A stretch of 32,000 bases of DNA, taken from positions 210,001 to 242,000 of the forward strand of contig JBAZMW010000001.1 in the NCBI GenBank assembly GCA_041649575.1. The letters are read 5' to 3'. Below the pieces are notes generated by a model. The model made no database searches and was not told where the DNA came from. It saw only the letters and a list, made by a program, of their open reading frames with translations. Below are positions 16,559 through 24,967 of this stretch, piece by piece. Source of the DNA: Patescibacteria group bacterium. GTDB taxonomy: Bacteria; Patescibacteriota; Patescibacteriia; 2-01-FULL-39-33. Each line of letters begins with the position of its first letter. The first letter of the stretch is position 1. The translations under genes were made by a program, and so were the position numbers.

Positions 16559-19210
16559 ATGTCGGAAAAAAAATTTGTCTATGCCTTCGAAGAAGGCAAT
16601 AAAGACATGAAGGAAATCTTGGGCGGCAAGGGCGCTAACCTGGCTGAAATGAGCAATTTGGGCATTAATGTGCCGCCGGGGTTTACCGTCACGACCGAGG
16701 TTTGCGATCTTTATTACAAAAGTAATAAGAGCTACCCCCAAGAAGCCAAGGAGCAAATTGCTCAAAAATTAAGACAGCTCGAAGAAAAGATGGGCAAAAA
16801 GCTGGGTGAACCCAACGACCCATTGCTGGTTTCGGTAAGAAGCGGCGCCGCTTCTTCTATGCCGGGCATGATGGATACGATTTTAAACCTAGGCCTTAAT
16901 GATCAATCAGTTTTGGGTTTGGCCGCAAAGACCGGCAATAATCGTTTTGCTTGGGATTCCTACCGCCGTTTGATTCAAATGATGGGTAATGTGGTTTTGG
17001 GCCTGGAGCACCATGAATTTGAAGAAATTTTGGAGAATATAAAAGACACCAAGGGCGCTAAATATGATACCGACTTGACTACCGAAGATCTGCAAGAGCT
17101 GGTACGACGTTATAAAGCCAAAATCAAGGAAAAGACGGGCAGTGATTTTCCGCAGACTCCTTTAGAACAGTTGCAACTTTCCATTGACGCGGTTTTTAAC
17201 TCCTGGAACAACTATCGTGCCATCAGATACCGCGAGATTAACAACATCAGAGGTTTAATCGGAACGGCGGTCAACATTCAGGCGATGGTGTTTGGTAATT
17301 TGGGCGAGGATTCCGGTACGGGTGTTTGTTTTACCCGCAATCCTTCGACTGGCGAGGCCAAGTTTTATGGTGAATATCTGATGAACGCCCAGGGCGAGGA
17401 TGTGGTGGCCGGGATTCGCACGCCGCAGCCGGTAGAAAGACTTAATGAGCAGCTGCCAGAAATTTATAGGGAATTAGTGGATGTTTGCAATAAGGTGGAA
17501 AAACATTATCGCGATATGCAAGATATGGAATTTACCATTCAACGCGGCCGTTTGTATATTTTGCAAGCTCGCGTCGGCAAGAGAACCGCTACTGCAGCCG
17601 TCAATATCGCCGTGGATATGGTGAATGAGAATCTGATTTCTAAGATCGAAGCAATTTTAAGGGTTGACCCCAACCAATTGAACCAGCTGCTCCATAAACA
17701 GCTGGATCCGCTGGCCAAGCAAGAGGCAGAAGTGGTAGCGCAGGGTTTGCCGGCTTCACCTGGCGCGGCAGTCGGGGAAATAGTTTTTACCGCGGCCGAA
17801 GCGTATGAGAAAGCTCGCACCGGCATTGACGTGGTTTTGGTGCGCACCGAAACTTCGCCGGAAGATATTGATGGCATGCATGCGGCCAAGGGAATTTTGA
17901 CCGCTCGCGGCGGCATGACCTCTCATGCGGCTGTGGTGGCCCGCGGCATGGGTACTTGTTGTGTGGCTGGTTGCGGCGATGTCATTATCGATGAAAGAGC
18001 CAAAACCCTAACCATCAAAGACAAGGGCATTATTTTGAGGGAAGGAGACTTCATTACCCTGGACGGCTCCGATGGCAAGGTTTACTTGGGCCGGCTGACC
18101 ACCAAAGATCCGGATATGTCCGGCAATTTTGGCAAGTTGATGGGTTGGGCCGATGAAGTCAGAAAAATCAATGTCCGCACCAATGCCGACACGCCGCATG
18201 ATGCTCAGGTGGCCAGAAGTTTCGGCGCCGAAGGCATCGGTTTGTGCCGCACCGAGCACATGTTCTTTGAGGGCGATAGAATCAAGGCGGTGCGGGAAAT
18301 GATTTTGTCTAGCAACGTGGAGGGCCGCCAAAAGGCCTTGGCCAAGTTATTGCCTTATCAAAAAGAAGATTTTATTGGCTTGTTCCATGCTATGGAAGGT
18401 TTTCCGGTGACCGTGCGTTTGCTCGATCCGCCACTGCACGAATTTTTGCCCACTGAAGAAAAGGACATCTATGAATTGGCTCGGGAAATGGAAGTGGATG
18501 TCGGCACCTTGAAAGCCAAAATTTCCGATTTGCATGAATTCAATCCGATGTTGGGGCATCGCGGTTGCCGACTGGCCATCACTTATCCGGAAATTTACGA
18601 TATGCAAGTGACGGCGATTATCGAAGCGGCTATAGAGGTGGGACAAAAGTGTCCCAAGTGCGGCCGTTCCAGCGAGATCAGGCCGGAAATCATGATTCCA
18701 CTGGTGGCGACTACCAAAGAGTTTTCTATTTTAAAACAAAGAACAGTGGAAATAGTGGAAAAGAAATTAGCCGAGGCCGGCGTCAAGATTGTTTATAAGA
18801 TCGGCACGATGATCGAAGTGCCCAGAGCGGCTTTGGTTGCCGACAAGATCGTGGAAGCCGGAGCGGAGTTTTTCTCCTTTGGCACCAACGACTTGACCCA
18901 GATGGGCGCCGGACTGTCCCGCGACGATGCCGGCAAATTCCTTAAGGAATATGTGGCTCAAGGTATTTATGAATATGATCCGTTTGAAGTCTTGGATCAG
19001 GAGGGTATTGGCGAACTTATCCGTATTGCCATCAAGAAAGGCAGGGGAGTCAAGAGTGATTTGAAAGTTGGTATCTGCGGCGAGCACGGCGGCGAACCGC
19101 AGACCGTGGAGTTCTGTCATCGTGAAGGATTTAATTATGTTTCCTGCTCGCCTTTCCGCGTACCGATTGCCAGACTGGCGGCGGCGCAGGCAGCAGTGAA
19201 GGAAAAGTAA
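16559..19210 (+). CDS. ppdK: Pyruvate, phosphate dikinase
   Basis: GKGANLAEMSNLGINVPPGFTVTTEVC, SVRSGAASSMPGMMDTILNLG, GGMTSHAAVVARGMGTCCVAGC, GICGEHGG. Confidence 0.97.
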   Translation: MSEKKFVYAFEEGNKDMKEILGGKGANLAEMSNLGINVPPGFTVTTEVCDLYYKSNKSYPQEAKEQIAQKLRQLEEKMGKKLGEPNDPLLVSVRSGAASSMPGMMDTILNLGLNDQSVLGLAAKTGNNRFAWDSYRRLIQMMGNVVLGLEHHEFEEILENIKDTKGAKYDTDLTTEDLQELVRRYKAKIKEKTGSDFPQTPLEQLQLSIDAVFNSWNNYRAIRYREINNIRGLIGTAVNIQAMVFGNLGEDSGTGVCFTRNPSTGEAKFYGEYLMNAQGEDVVAGIRTPQPVERLNEQLPEIYRELVDVCNKVEKHYRDMQDMEFTIQRGRLYILQARVGKRTATAAVNIAVDMVNENLISKIEAILRVDPNQLNQLLHKQLDPLAKQEAEVVAQGLPASPGAAVGEIVFTAAEAYEKARTGIDVVLVRTETSPEDIDGMHAAKGILTARGGMTSHAAVVARGMGTCCVAGCGDVIIDERAKTLTIKDKGIILREGDFITLDGSDGKVYLGRLTTKDPDMSGNFGKLMGWADEVRKINVRTNADTPHDAQVARSFGAEGIGLCRTEHMFFEGDRIKAVREMILSSNVEGRQKALAKLLPYQKEDFIGLFHAMEGFPVTVRLLDPPLHEFLPTEEKDIYELAREMEVDVGTLKAKISDLHEFNPMLGHRGCRLAITYPEIYDMQVTAIIEAAIEVGQKCPKCGRSSEIRPEIMIPLVATTKEFSILKQRTVEIVEKKLAEAGVKIVYKIGTMIEVPRAALVADKIVEAGAEFFSFGTNDLTQMGAGLSRDDAGKFLKEYVAQGIYEYDPFEVLDQEGIGELIRIAIKKGRGVKSDLKVGICGEHGGEPQTVEFCHREGFNYVSCSPFRVPIARLAAAQAAVKEK

Positions 19211-19234
19211 AAATAATACAAAAGGTTATTATAA

Positions 19235-19263
19235 GGGCGGTCCTTGTGGCCGCCCCGTTTTTT
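19235..19263 (+). terminator. ppdK terminator
   Basis: GGGCGGTCCTTGTGGCCGCCCCGTTTTTT. Confidence 0.75.
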
Positions 19264-19265
19264 GT

Positions 19266-19382
19266 TGTCATTCCGACCGAGTCCAGCCCTGTACAGCGGG
19301 CTGGACGAGTGGAGGAATCCCTTTAAATAGAATTTAAGGGATCCCTCCACGCGCTCACTTCGTGAGTTTGGTCGGGATGACA
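19266..19382. repeat. TGTCATTCCGACCGAG...GGTCGGGATGACA palindromic repeat
   Basis: Terminal inverted repeats, with internal hairpin GTCCAGCCCTGTACAGCGGGCTGGAC. Confidence 0.8.
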
Positions 19383-19401
19383 ATAAAAAATATTTTCATA
19401 T

Positions 19402-19452
19402 AAAAAAAATCGACCCCGCACCTAGTTGCTTGTTCAGCTTTCGGTGCGGGGG
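19402..19452 (-). terminator. Minus-strand terminator
   Basis: On the minus strand: CCCCGCACC-loop-GGTGCGGGGTCGATTTTTTTT. Confidence 0.8.
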
Positions 19453-19475
19453 TGGACCAAGTTGCGATGGTGGCG

Positions 19476-19949
19476 TTACCTCTCGGGTGGTGGCAACCAA
19501 CCCACGAAGTCTTGATAGAGCCGCGGGTACATCCGTTCACGCCACAAAACGACTGGATCGTAGTCGGACACAGAAATCCCCTCGGCCTCGCAGAAAATCG
19601 TGATGTACGGCTCCTGGTGAACCAGGCCGCTACTAATATCGAGCCACCACATATCTTTCCGCGGCACTTGCTCGTGGTTGAGGTATTTCGTCAGCACTTC
19701 GGCGCGCCAGTTGGCGGTATCGCTTACTTCTACGGCTGTCGTGGCTTGGTGCTGCCGTGTGATTTCTTTGAGCAGCCAAAGAGTAGAAATAAACGTGGCA
19801 ATACAGAGGAGAACCAAGGATATTACCCATAAATAGCGGTAAAGTTTTCTCTGTATCTTCCGCGTAAGTAACACCACAAGCAGGGTGATAGTCGTCGCCA
19901 CAAAAGCCCAGGCGAAGACGACAGATAGAATAGACACAAACAGGTCCAT
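19476..19949 (-). CDS. Orphan 157-aa membrane protein
   Basis: AAGGAG 7 nt before ATG, two N-terminal hydrophobic helices, promoter at 20036-20064, terminator downstream. Confidence 0.75.
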   Translation of the reverse strand: MDLFVSILSVVFAWAFVATTITLLVVLLTRKIQRKLYRYLWVISLVLLCIATFISTLWLLKEITRQHQATTAVEVSDTANWRAEVLTKYLNHEQVPRKDMWWLDISSGLVHQEPYITIFCEAEGISVSDYDPVVLWRERMYPRLYQDFVGWLPPPER

Positions 19950-20035
19950 TTCCAGACTCCTTCTATTTCGAATGTGCGTTAGACGATTCTTCTAGGCGAT
20001 CGTCACCAGCCTTCTGGTCATCAAATCATTATATA

Positions 20036-20064
20036 ATTATAGCATACATACAATATTTTGTCAA
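20036..20064 (-). promoter_or_regulatory. Consensus sigma70 promoter with TGC before the -10
   Basis: On the minus strand: TTGACA, 17 bp ending TGC, TATAAT. Confidence 0.85.
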
Positions 20065-20129
20065 TATTATTTATTGTTTTTTTATGGAAAATATTAGTTG
20101 ATTTTGTTTAAAATAAGGTATTTTTTGTC

Positions 20130-20342
20130 ACTTTTTATTTTTGCGAGCACTTGAAAATTCAGCCACAAAATCAAGCCAGTTGAGCGGTTCCGCCTTTTAG
20201 GCGGAAAGGCCATAACTGGAGCGTAGCGACTTTATGGCCTAGCGAAACTGGCGCCAGATTTTGTCTGAATTTATCAAATAGCTCGCGACTCTTTCTTTTG
20301 CGTCAGCTTTTCTTTCTCTTAGAGAAAGAAAAGTGACAAACT
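20130..20342. repeat. Large imperfect hairpin element, copy B (inverted relative to copy A)
   Basis: GCGAGC...AAAATTCAGCCACAAAATCAAGCCAGTT / AACTGGCGCCAGATTTTGTCTGAATTT...GCTCGC arms, adjacent ctttcttttgcgtcagcttttctttctcttagagaaagaaaag. Confidence 0.75.
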
Positions 20343-20409
20343 GCATTAAAATACTTTATTATCTAACAAAATTATGCTAAAATAATAGAAATAAAAATCT
20401 CATCACTCT

Positions 20410-22497
20410 ATGTCAAAAAACAACAAGCTGAACAAATTTTTTCATCCCAAAAGCATTGCTTTAATCGGCGCTTCCAATCATGCTGGCAAGGTGGGTTATG
20501 ACATCATGCTTAACTTGTTAAAGAATTTCGACGGAGAAATTTATCCGATAAATTTGGATGACAAAGAAGTTCAGGGCAAAAAGGCTTACCCGACAGTCAC
20601 CAAATTAAAGGCAGCTCCGGATTTAGTGATTATTGTTATTCCGGCAGCTTTTGTTATCAAAGCAGTGACGGAATGTGGCCAGAAAGGTTGTAAAAACATC
20701 GTGATTATTTCTGCCGGCTTTAAGGAAGCAGGCGAAGAGGGAGTGAGGCTGGAGAAGCAACTGGTCGATTTAAAGAAAAAATATAAGTTAAAAATATTGG
20801 GGCCAAACTGCCTGGGTTATATTTCCACCAGTCCGGAGGTCAACGCTTCTTTTGCCAGGAGTTTTCCGCCCAAAGGCAAGGTGGCTTTTGTGTCGCAGTC
20901 CGGCGCTTTGGGTACGGCGGTTTTGGATATGGCCGAAGCGCAACAAGTCGGCCTGTCTTATTTCGTCAGCTTGGGCAATAAATGTGATTTAAGTGAACTA
21001 GACTTATTGCTCTATCTTAAAGATCATACTCCGACCAAGGTGATTACTATGTATTTAGAAAATATTATTGCTGGCCAGAAGTTCATGGCCTTGGCCAAAG
21101 AAGTGGCCAGAAAAAAACCAATAATTGTTTTGAAATCGGGCAAGACCGAAAAAGGACAGCGAGCGGTTTCTTCGCATACCGGCTCTTTGGCCGGTTCGGC
21201 TCGGGCCTACAGTACCGCTTTCAGCCAGTGCGGAATCATTGAAGCCGAAGATCTGGAGGACTTTTTCAACTATGCCGAAGGCTTGGCTTATCAGCCGCTA
21301 CCCGCCGGCAAAAGGGTGGCGGTGATTACCAATGCCGGAGGACCGGGGATACTGGTGACCGACTTGTTGCCGCCACACGGTTTGGAATTAGCAGAACTGT
21401 CTGGCGTCACTTTAAAAAGATTAAAAACCACTTTGCCGCCGGCGGCCAATATCCACAATCCAGTTGACGTTTTGGGCGATGCCAAAGCCGATCGCTACGC
21501 TTTGGCGATCGAGGCGGCCCTAAAAGACAAAAACGTCGATAGTCTGATCGTGGTTTTGACGCCGCAGAAGATGACAGAAATAAAACAGACGGCCGAGGCG
21601 GCTGGACGCTTGAGCCGCAAATACAAAAAAACCACCGCTTTGTGTTTTATGGGCGAGGCGGAAATTACCAAATATTATGATGTTTACAAAAAATATTCCC
21701 TGCCGCAGTTTAATTTTCCGCTGCAGGCGGTAAAAGTTTTGGGAAAAATGTGGCAATACAGCTGGCAAAAGACACAAACGGTTTCCCAAAAGACATTTTT
21801 TAAACCGGACAAAAAAATGATTAATCAGGGAAACAAACTTTTGCGGAAAAAGGAAATAACCGAAGATAGCGCCAGAGAAATTTTGGCCCGGTTTGACTTT
21901 CCTTTGCATCGGGCGCTACTGGTTAAAAATGTTCAGCCAGCAATCTTAGCAGCCAAGAAAATTGGCTACCCCATCGCTCTGAAGGTGGTATCGCCACAGG
22001 TGATACACAAGTCAGAGGCCGGAGGGGTAAAGATTAATATAAAAAGCGATGAAGAGCTGAAAAAGGCGGTTTTGGAGATGAAAGAAAAAGTTTTAAAGAA
22101 GTATCCGCAAGCCAAAATTAATGGTTATTTGGTGGGGGAGATGGTCAAAGGGCTGGAGCTGATTATTGGCATGAAGCGTGATCCGCAATTCGGGCCGCTA
22201 CTGATGGTTGGTTTGGGCGGAATTTATACTGAAGTTTTCCAGGACGTGGCTTTTGGTATTGCGCCGCTGCAAAAGGAAGCCGCCTTAAAGATGATCGGGA
22301 GCTTAAAAATCTATCCGATTATGAAAGGAGTTCGTGGTCAGCGGGCGGCGGACATCGAGGCGCTGGCAGAGATCATAGTAAAATTGTCGGAATTTAGTTT
22401 GAATTATCCGCAAATCAAAGAAATTGATTTTAATCCGGTGATACTGAAAGCCAAGGGCCAGGGCGGCACAATTGTAGATCTGCGGCTATTAAAATAA
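20410..22497 (+). CDS. Acetate-CoA ligase (ADP-forming), fused alpha-beta
   Basis: FFHPKSIALIGASNHAGKVGYDIM, ILGPNCLGY, VSQSGALGTAVLD, SHTGSLAGS, ATP-grasp YPIALKVVSPQVIHKSEAGGV, EVFQDVAFGIAPL. Confidence 0.93.
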   Translation: MSKNNKLNKFFHPKSIALIGASNHAGKVGYDIMLNLLKNFDGEIYPINLDDKEVQGKKAYPTVTKLKAAPDLVIIVIPAAFVIKAVTECGQKGCKNIVIISAGFKEAGEEGVRLEKQLVDLKKKYKLKILGPNCLGYISTSPEVNASFARSFPPKGKVAFVSQSGALGTAVLDMAEAQQVGLSYFVSLGNKCDLSELDLLLYLKDHTPTKVITMYLENIIAGQKFMALAKEVARKKPIIVLKSGKTEKGQRAVSSHTGSLAGSARAYSTAFSQCGIIEAEDLEDFFNYAEGLAYQPLPAGKRVAVITNAGGPGILVTDLLPPHGLELAELSGVTLKRLKTTLPPAANIHNPVDVLGDAKADRYALAIEAALKDKNVDSLIVVLTPQKMTEIKQTAEAAGRLSRKYKKTTALCFMGEAEITKYYDVYKKYSLPQFNFPLQAVKVLGKMWQYSWQKTQTVSQKTFFKPDKKMINQGNKLLRKKEITEDSAREILARFDFPLHRALLVKNVQPAILAAKKIGYPIALKVVSPQVIHKSEAGGVKINIKSDEELKKAVLEMKEKVLKKYPQAKINGYLVGEMVKGLELIIGMKRDPQFGPLLMVGLGGIYTEVFQDVAFGIAPLQKEAALKMIGSLKIYPIMKGVRGQRAADIEALAEIIVKLSEFSLNYPQIKEIDFNPVILKAKGQGGTIVDLRLLK

Positions 22498-22505
22498 TTA
22501 ACCGG

Positions 22506-24197
22506 GTGTTTAAAAGATTAATCAACTCTAATTCAAAGTCAATTACTTCGGCGGCGATAATTATCGGCGGCCTGTCTTTGGTCAGTCGTTTGGTGGGAAT
22601 TTTGCGGGACAGAATTTTGGCCAGTGAGTTCGGAGCCGGCGACGTGCTAGACGCCTACTATGCCGCTTTTCGCCTGCCGGACTTTGTTTACAATTTGATA
22701 ATCCTAGGCGCGGTTTCGGCGGGGTTGATACCGGTGTTTACCTCGCTATTGACTAAAAATCAGAAACAAGAAGCCTGGAAGCTCATAAATAGCATCCTTA
22801 ATTTGTTATCTATCGGACTGATTGTCGCTTGCGTAATTCTTTTTATTACGGCGCCGTGGCTGATGCCTTTGGTCACGCCAGGATTTTCTCAAGCCAAACT
22901 GAAGCTGGTGGTTGGATTGTCGCAAATTATGTTTTTAAGCCCGATATTTTTGGGAATATCGGCAATTTTTGGTTCGGTTTTACAATCCTTTAGGCGGTTT
23001 TTTGCCTATTCCATCGCACCGATTTTTTATAATGTCGGCATCATTATTGGCGCTCTATTTTTCGTCAAGTGGTGGGGTGTTTATGGCCTGGCCTGGGGCG
23101 TGGTTCTGGGCGCCCTGCTTCACCTGATTATTCAATTGGCCCCGATTTTTTTGACCGGTTATAAATATACCCTTGACCTAAATTTAAAAAATAAAAACGT
23201 TATTCAGGTTGGCAAATTAATGTTGCCGCGGACTTTGAGCCTGCTGATTACTCAAATCAATTTTTTGATCATTACCATAGTGGCTTCAACCCTGGCAGTC
23301 GGCAGTTTGGCGATTTTTAATTTATCGAATAATTTACAGAATTTCCCGTTGGGAATTTTTGGCGTCTCGCTGGCGGTGGCGGCCTTACCGGTTTTGTCTT
23401 CGCTCTGGGCCGAGAAGAAAAAAAATGAATTTGTGGCCACTATTTCCACTACTTTCAGGCAGACGTTGTTTTTTATTGTGCCAACTTCGGTGTTAATGTA
23501 CGTGCTTAGGGCGCAAATCGTCCGCGTTATTTTGGGCGCCGGCAATTTCAATTGGTACGACACCAGATTAACCGCAGCCAGTTTGGCAATTTTTTGCCTG
23601 GGACTGTTCGCCCAAGGCGCTTTCCCTCTGATTATTCGCGGTTTTTATGCCTTGCATAACACCAAAACCCCGTTCTACATTGGCCTGGCCACCATGGTTG
23701 TCAATTTTTTATCACTGATATTTTTCCGCTGGCTTTATAGTTTTCATAACGGCTGGTTGTTTTTTACCACGGCGATTTTGAGAATTGACGATTTGTCGCA
23801 ACTAGTGGATTTCCGGGTTTTGGCTCTGCCGGCGGCAATCACGGTTTCTTCGGTTTTTGAATTATTGGCGCTGATGATTTATCTAAGAAAAATAATTGGG
23901 CGGCTGGACGGCCGGAAAATTTTGGATTCGGTTTTCAGAATCTTATTTGCTTCCTTGGGGGCGGGACTGTTTGCCTACGGCACCTTGCAGATTATGGAGA
24001 AGTTTGTGCGGACCGAAACTTTCGTTGGTATTTTTACCCAAGGCTTATTGGCCGGGCTAATTGGTTTGGCCGGTTATTGGCTGATAGGATTTTTGTTGCG
24101 GATGGAGGAAATGGCGATTTTTATGTCTTCGATAAAACGCAAACTGTTTAAGTCGGCGCGGGTAGTGGCTGAAGATAATCTGGGTGAAGCGGATTAA
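22506..24197 (+). CDS. murJ: Lipid II flippase MurJ/MviN family
   Basis: GTG start; GLSLVSRLVGILRDRILASEFGAGDVLDAYYAAFRLPDFVYNL; polytopic; 8 nt after the preceding gene. Confidence 0.92.
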   Translation: MFKRLINSNSKSITSAAIIIGGLSLVSRLVGILRDRILASEFGAGDVLDAYYAAFRLPDFVYNLIILGAVSAGLIPVFTSLLTKNQKQEAWKLINSILNLLSIGLIVACVILFITAPWLMPLVTPGFSQAKLKLVVGLSQIMFLSPIFLGISAIFGSVLQSFRRFFAYSIAPIFYNVGIIIGALFFVKWWGVYGLAWGVVLGALLHLIIQLAPIFLTGYKYTLDLNLKNKNVIQVGKLMLPRTLSLLITQINFLIITIVASTLAVGSLAIFNLSNNLQNFPLGIFGVSLAVAALPVLSSLWAEKKKNEFVATISTTFRQTLFFIVPTSVLMYVLRAQIVRVILGAGNFNWYDTRLTAASLAIFCLGLFAQGAFPLIIRGFYALHNTKTPFYIGLATMVVNFLSLIFFRWLYSFHNGWLFFTTAILRIDDLSQLVDFRVLALPAAITVSSVFELLALMIYLRKIIGRLDGRKILDSVFRILFASLGAGLFAYGTLQIMEKFVRTETFVGIFTQGLLAGLIGLAGYWLIGFLLRMEEMAIFMSSIKRKLFKSARVVAEDNLGEAD

Positions 24198-24204
24198 TTT
24201 TTTT

Positions 24205-24260
24205 TTCTTAAAATAAACAAGCCAGCGATACTCTTCTCCGAAGAGAAATTTCTCGCTGGC
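24205..24260 (-). terminator. Minus-strand terminator
   Basis: On the minus strand: GCCAGCGAGAAATTTCTCTTCGGAGAAGAGTATCGCTGGC followed by TTGTTTATTTTA. Confidence 0.65.
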
Positions 24261-24284
24261 AGGTAGTTCGTGGCTTTGCAGCCT

Positions 24285-24479
24285 TTAGGGAGGTGGTAGT
24301 TCGTTCATCAGGTTGGCCACAAGCATCAGCACGATGCCAATGGCGACTGCGACGGCTATGACCGTTTTGACCAGCCTTGTTTTGCGGCGGAAACGAAGGA
24401 AGAGGAAGTCGATGAGGAAGACGACTGCGCACAGGACGAGGCCGCCCCAAAACATTACGCTAGCCCAGTTGATATTCAT
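24285..24479 (-). CDS. Orphan 64-aa membrane protein
   Basis: AGGAG 7 nt before ATG, two hydrophobic helices, promoter at 24541-24569, terminator 24205-24260. Confidence 0.65.
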   Translation of the reverse strand: MNINWASVMFWGGLVLCAVVFLIDFLFLRFRRKTRLVKTVIAVAVAIGIVLMLVANLMNELPPP

Positions 24480-24540
24480 AGTAACGCTCCTGTCGGCTTA
24501 GAGCCGGTTGATGGCCATGGCTTCGAAAGTACAACAAACA

Positions 24541-24569
24541 ATTTTAGCAAATAGATTTATATTTGTCAA
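24541..24569 (-). promoter_or_regulatory. Sigma70-like promoter with TGC before the -10
   Basis: On the minus strand: TTGACA, 17 bp ending TGC, TAAAAT. Confidence 0.8.
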
Positions 24570-24581
24570 TTCAATTTTTAT

Positions 24582-24818
24582 AAAAAAATGACGGGGCACG
24601 ATCCTTGCGGACGTACCCCTGACATGTAGTCGGATTTCTCCACACCGCGGCGGTGCGAAGAGCGCCTGCAGACTACATTGCATGTCTTTGGCCGACTCGC
24701 CGGTTAGAGCGAGTTGTCGGAGCACCATGGTTGGGCCCGTTGCATAAGACCTGTGCAACGGACCGATGGTTACCCCTAGGCAGAGATAGGTGCTCTGTCT
24801 CACCTAGAAAGTACTAAC
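24582..24818 (-). ncRNA. Candidate structured RNA, about 235 nt, unidentified family
   Basis: Consensus promoter upstream, terminator GGGGTACGTCCGCAAGGATCGTGCCCCGTCATTTTTTT, several internal helices (CCGTTGC/GCAACGG, ACTCGC/GCGAGT, TGTAGTC/GACTACA, GAGCACC/GGTGCTC); the overlapping ORF lacks an SD and runs through the terminator. Confidence 0.5.
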
Positions 24819-24824
24819 ATAGCC

Positions 24825-24853
24825 ATTATAGCACACAGGTATATTTTTGTCAA
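24825..24853 (-). promoter_or_regulatory. Consensus sigma70 promoter with TGC before the -10
   Basis: On the minus strand: TTGACA, 17 bp ending TGC, TATAAT. Confidence 0.85.
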
Positions 24854-24919
24854 TAGCCATTTATTGATAATTTATATAAATTTGTTAAATATTATCTAAA
24901 TTTAAACAAAATAAAATAT

Positions 24920-24948
24920 TTGATAAAGACGGTATTTTTTGCTAAAAT
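24920..24948 (+). promoter_or_regulatory. lepA promoter
   Basis: TTGATA, 17 bp ending TGC, TAAAAT. Confidence 0.7.
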
Positions 24949-24967
24949 CTAATAATATCTTTATCTT

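Noticed and set aside
16907-19120. Minus-strand ORFs within ppdK
   Set aside because: Shadow ORFs opposite a highly conserved enzyme, without start-site signals.
19135-19383. 82-aa minus ORF next to ppdK
   Set aside because: Overlaps the ppdK 3' end and reads through the TGTCATTCC palindromic repeat; the amino acid text is a by-product of the repeat.
24498-24803. 101-aa minus ORF
   Set aside because: No SD, passes straight through a strong terminator and another unit's promoter; the RNA interpretation fits better.
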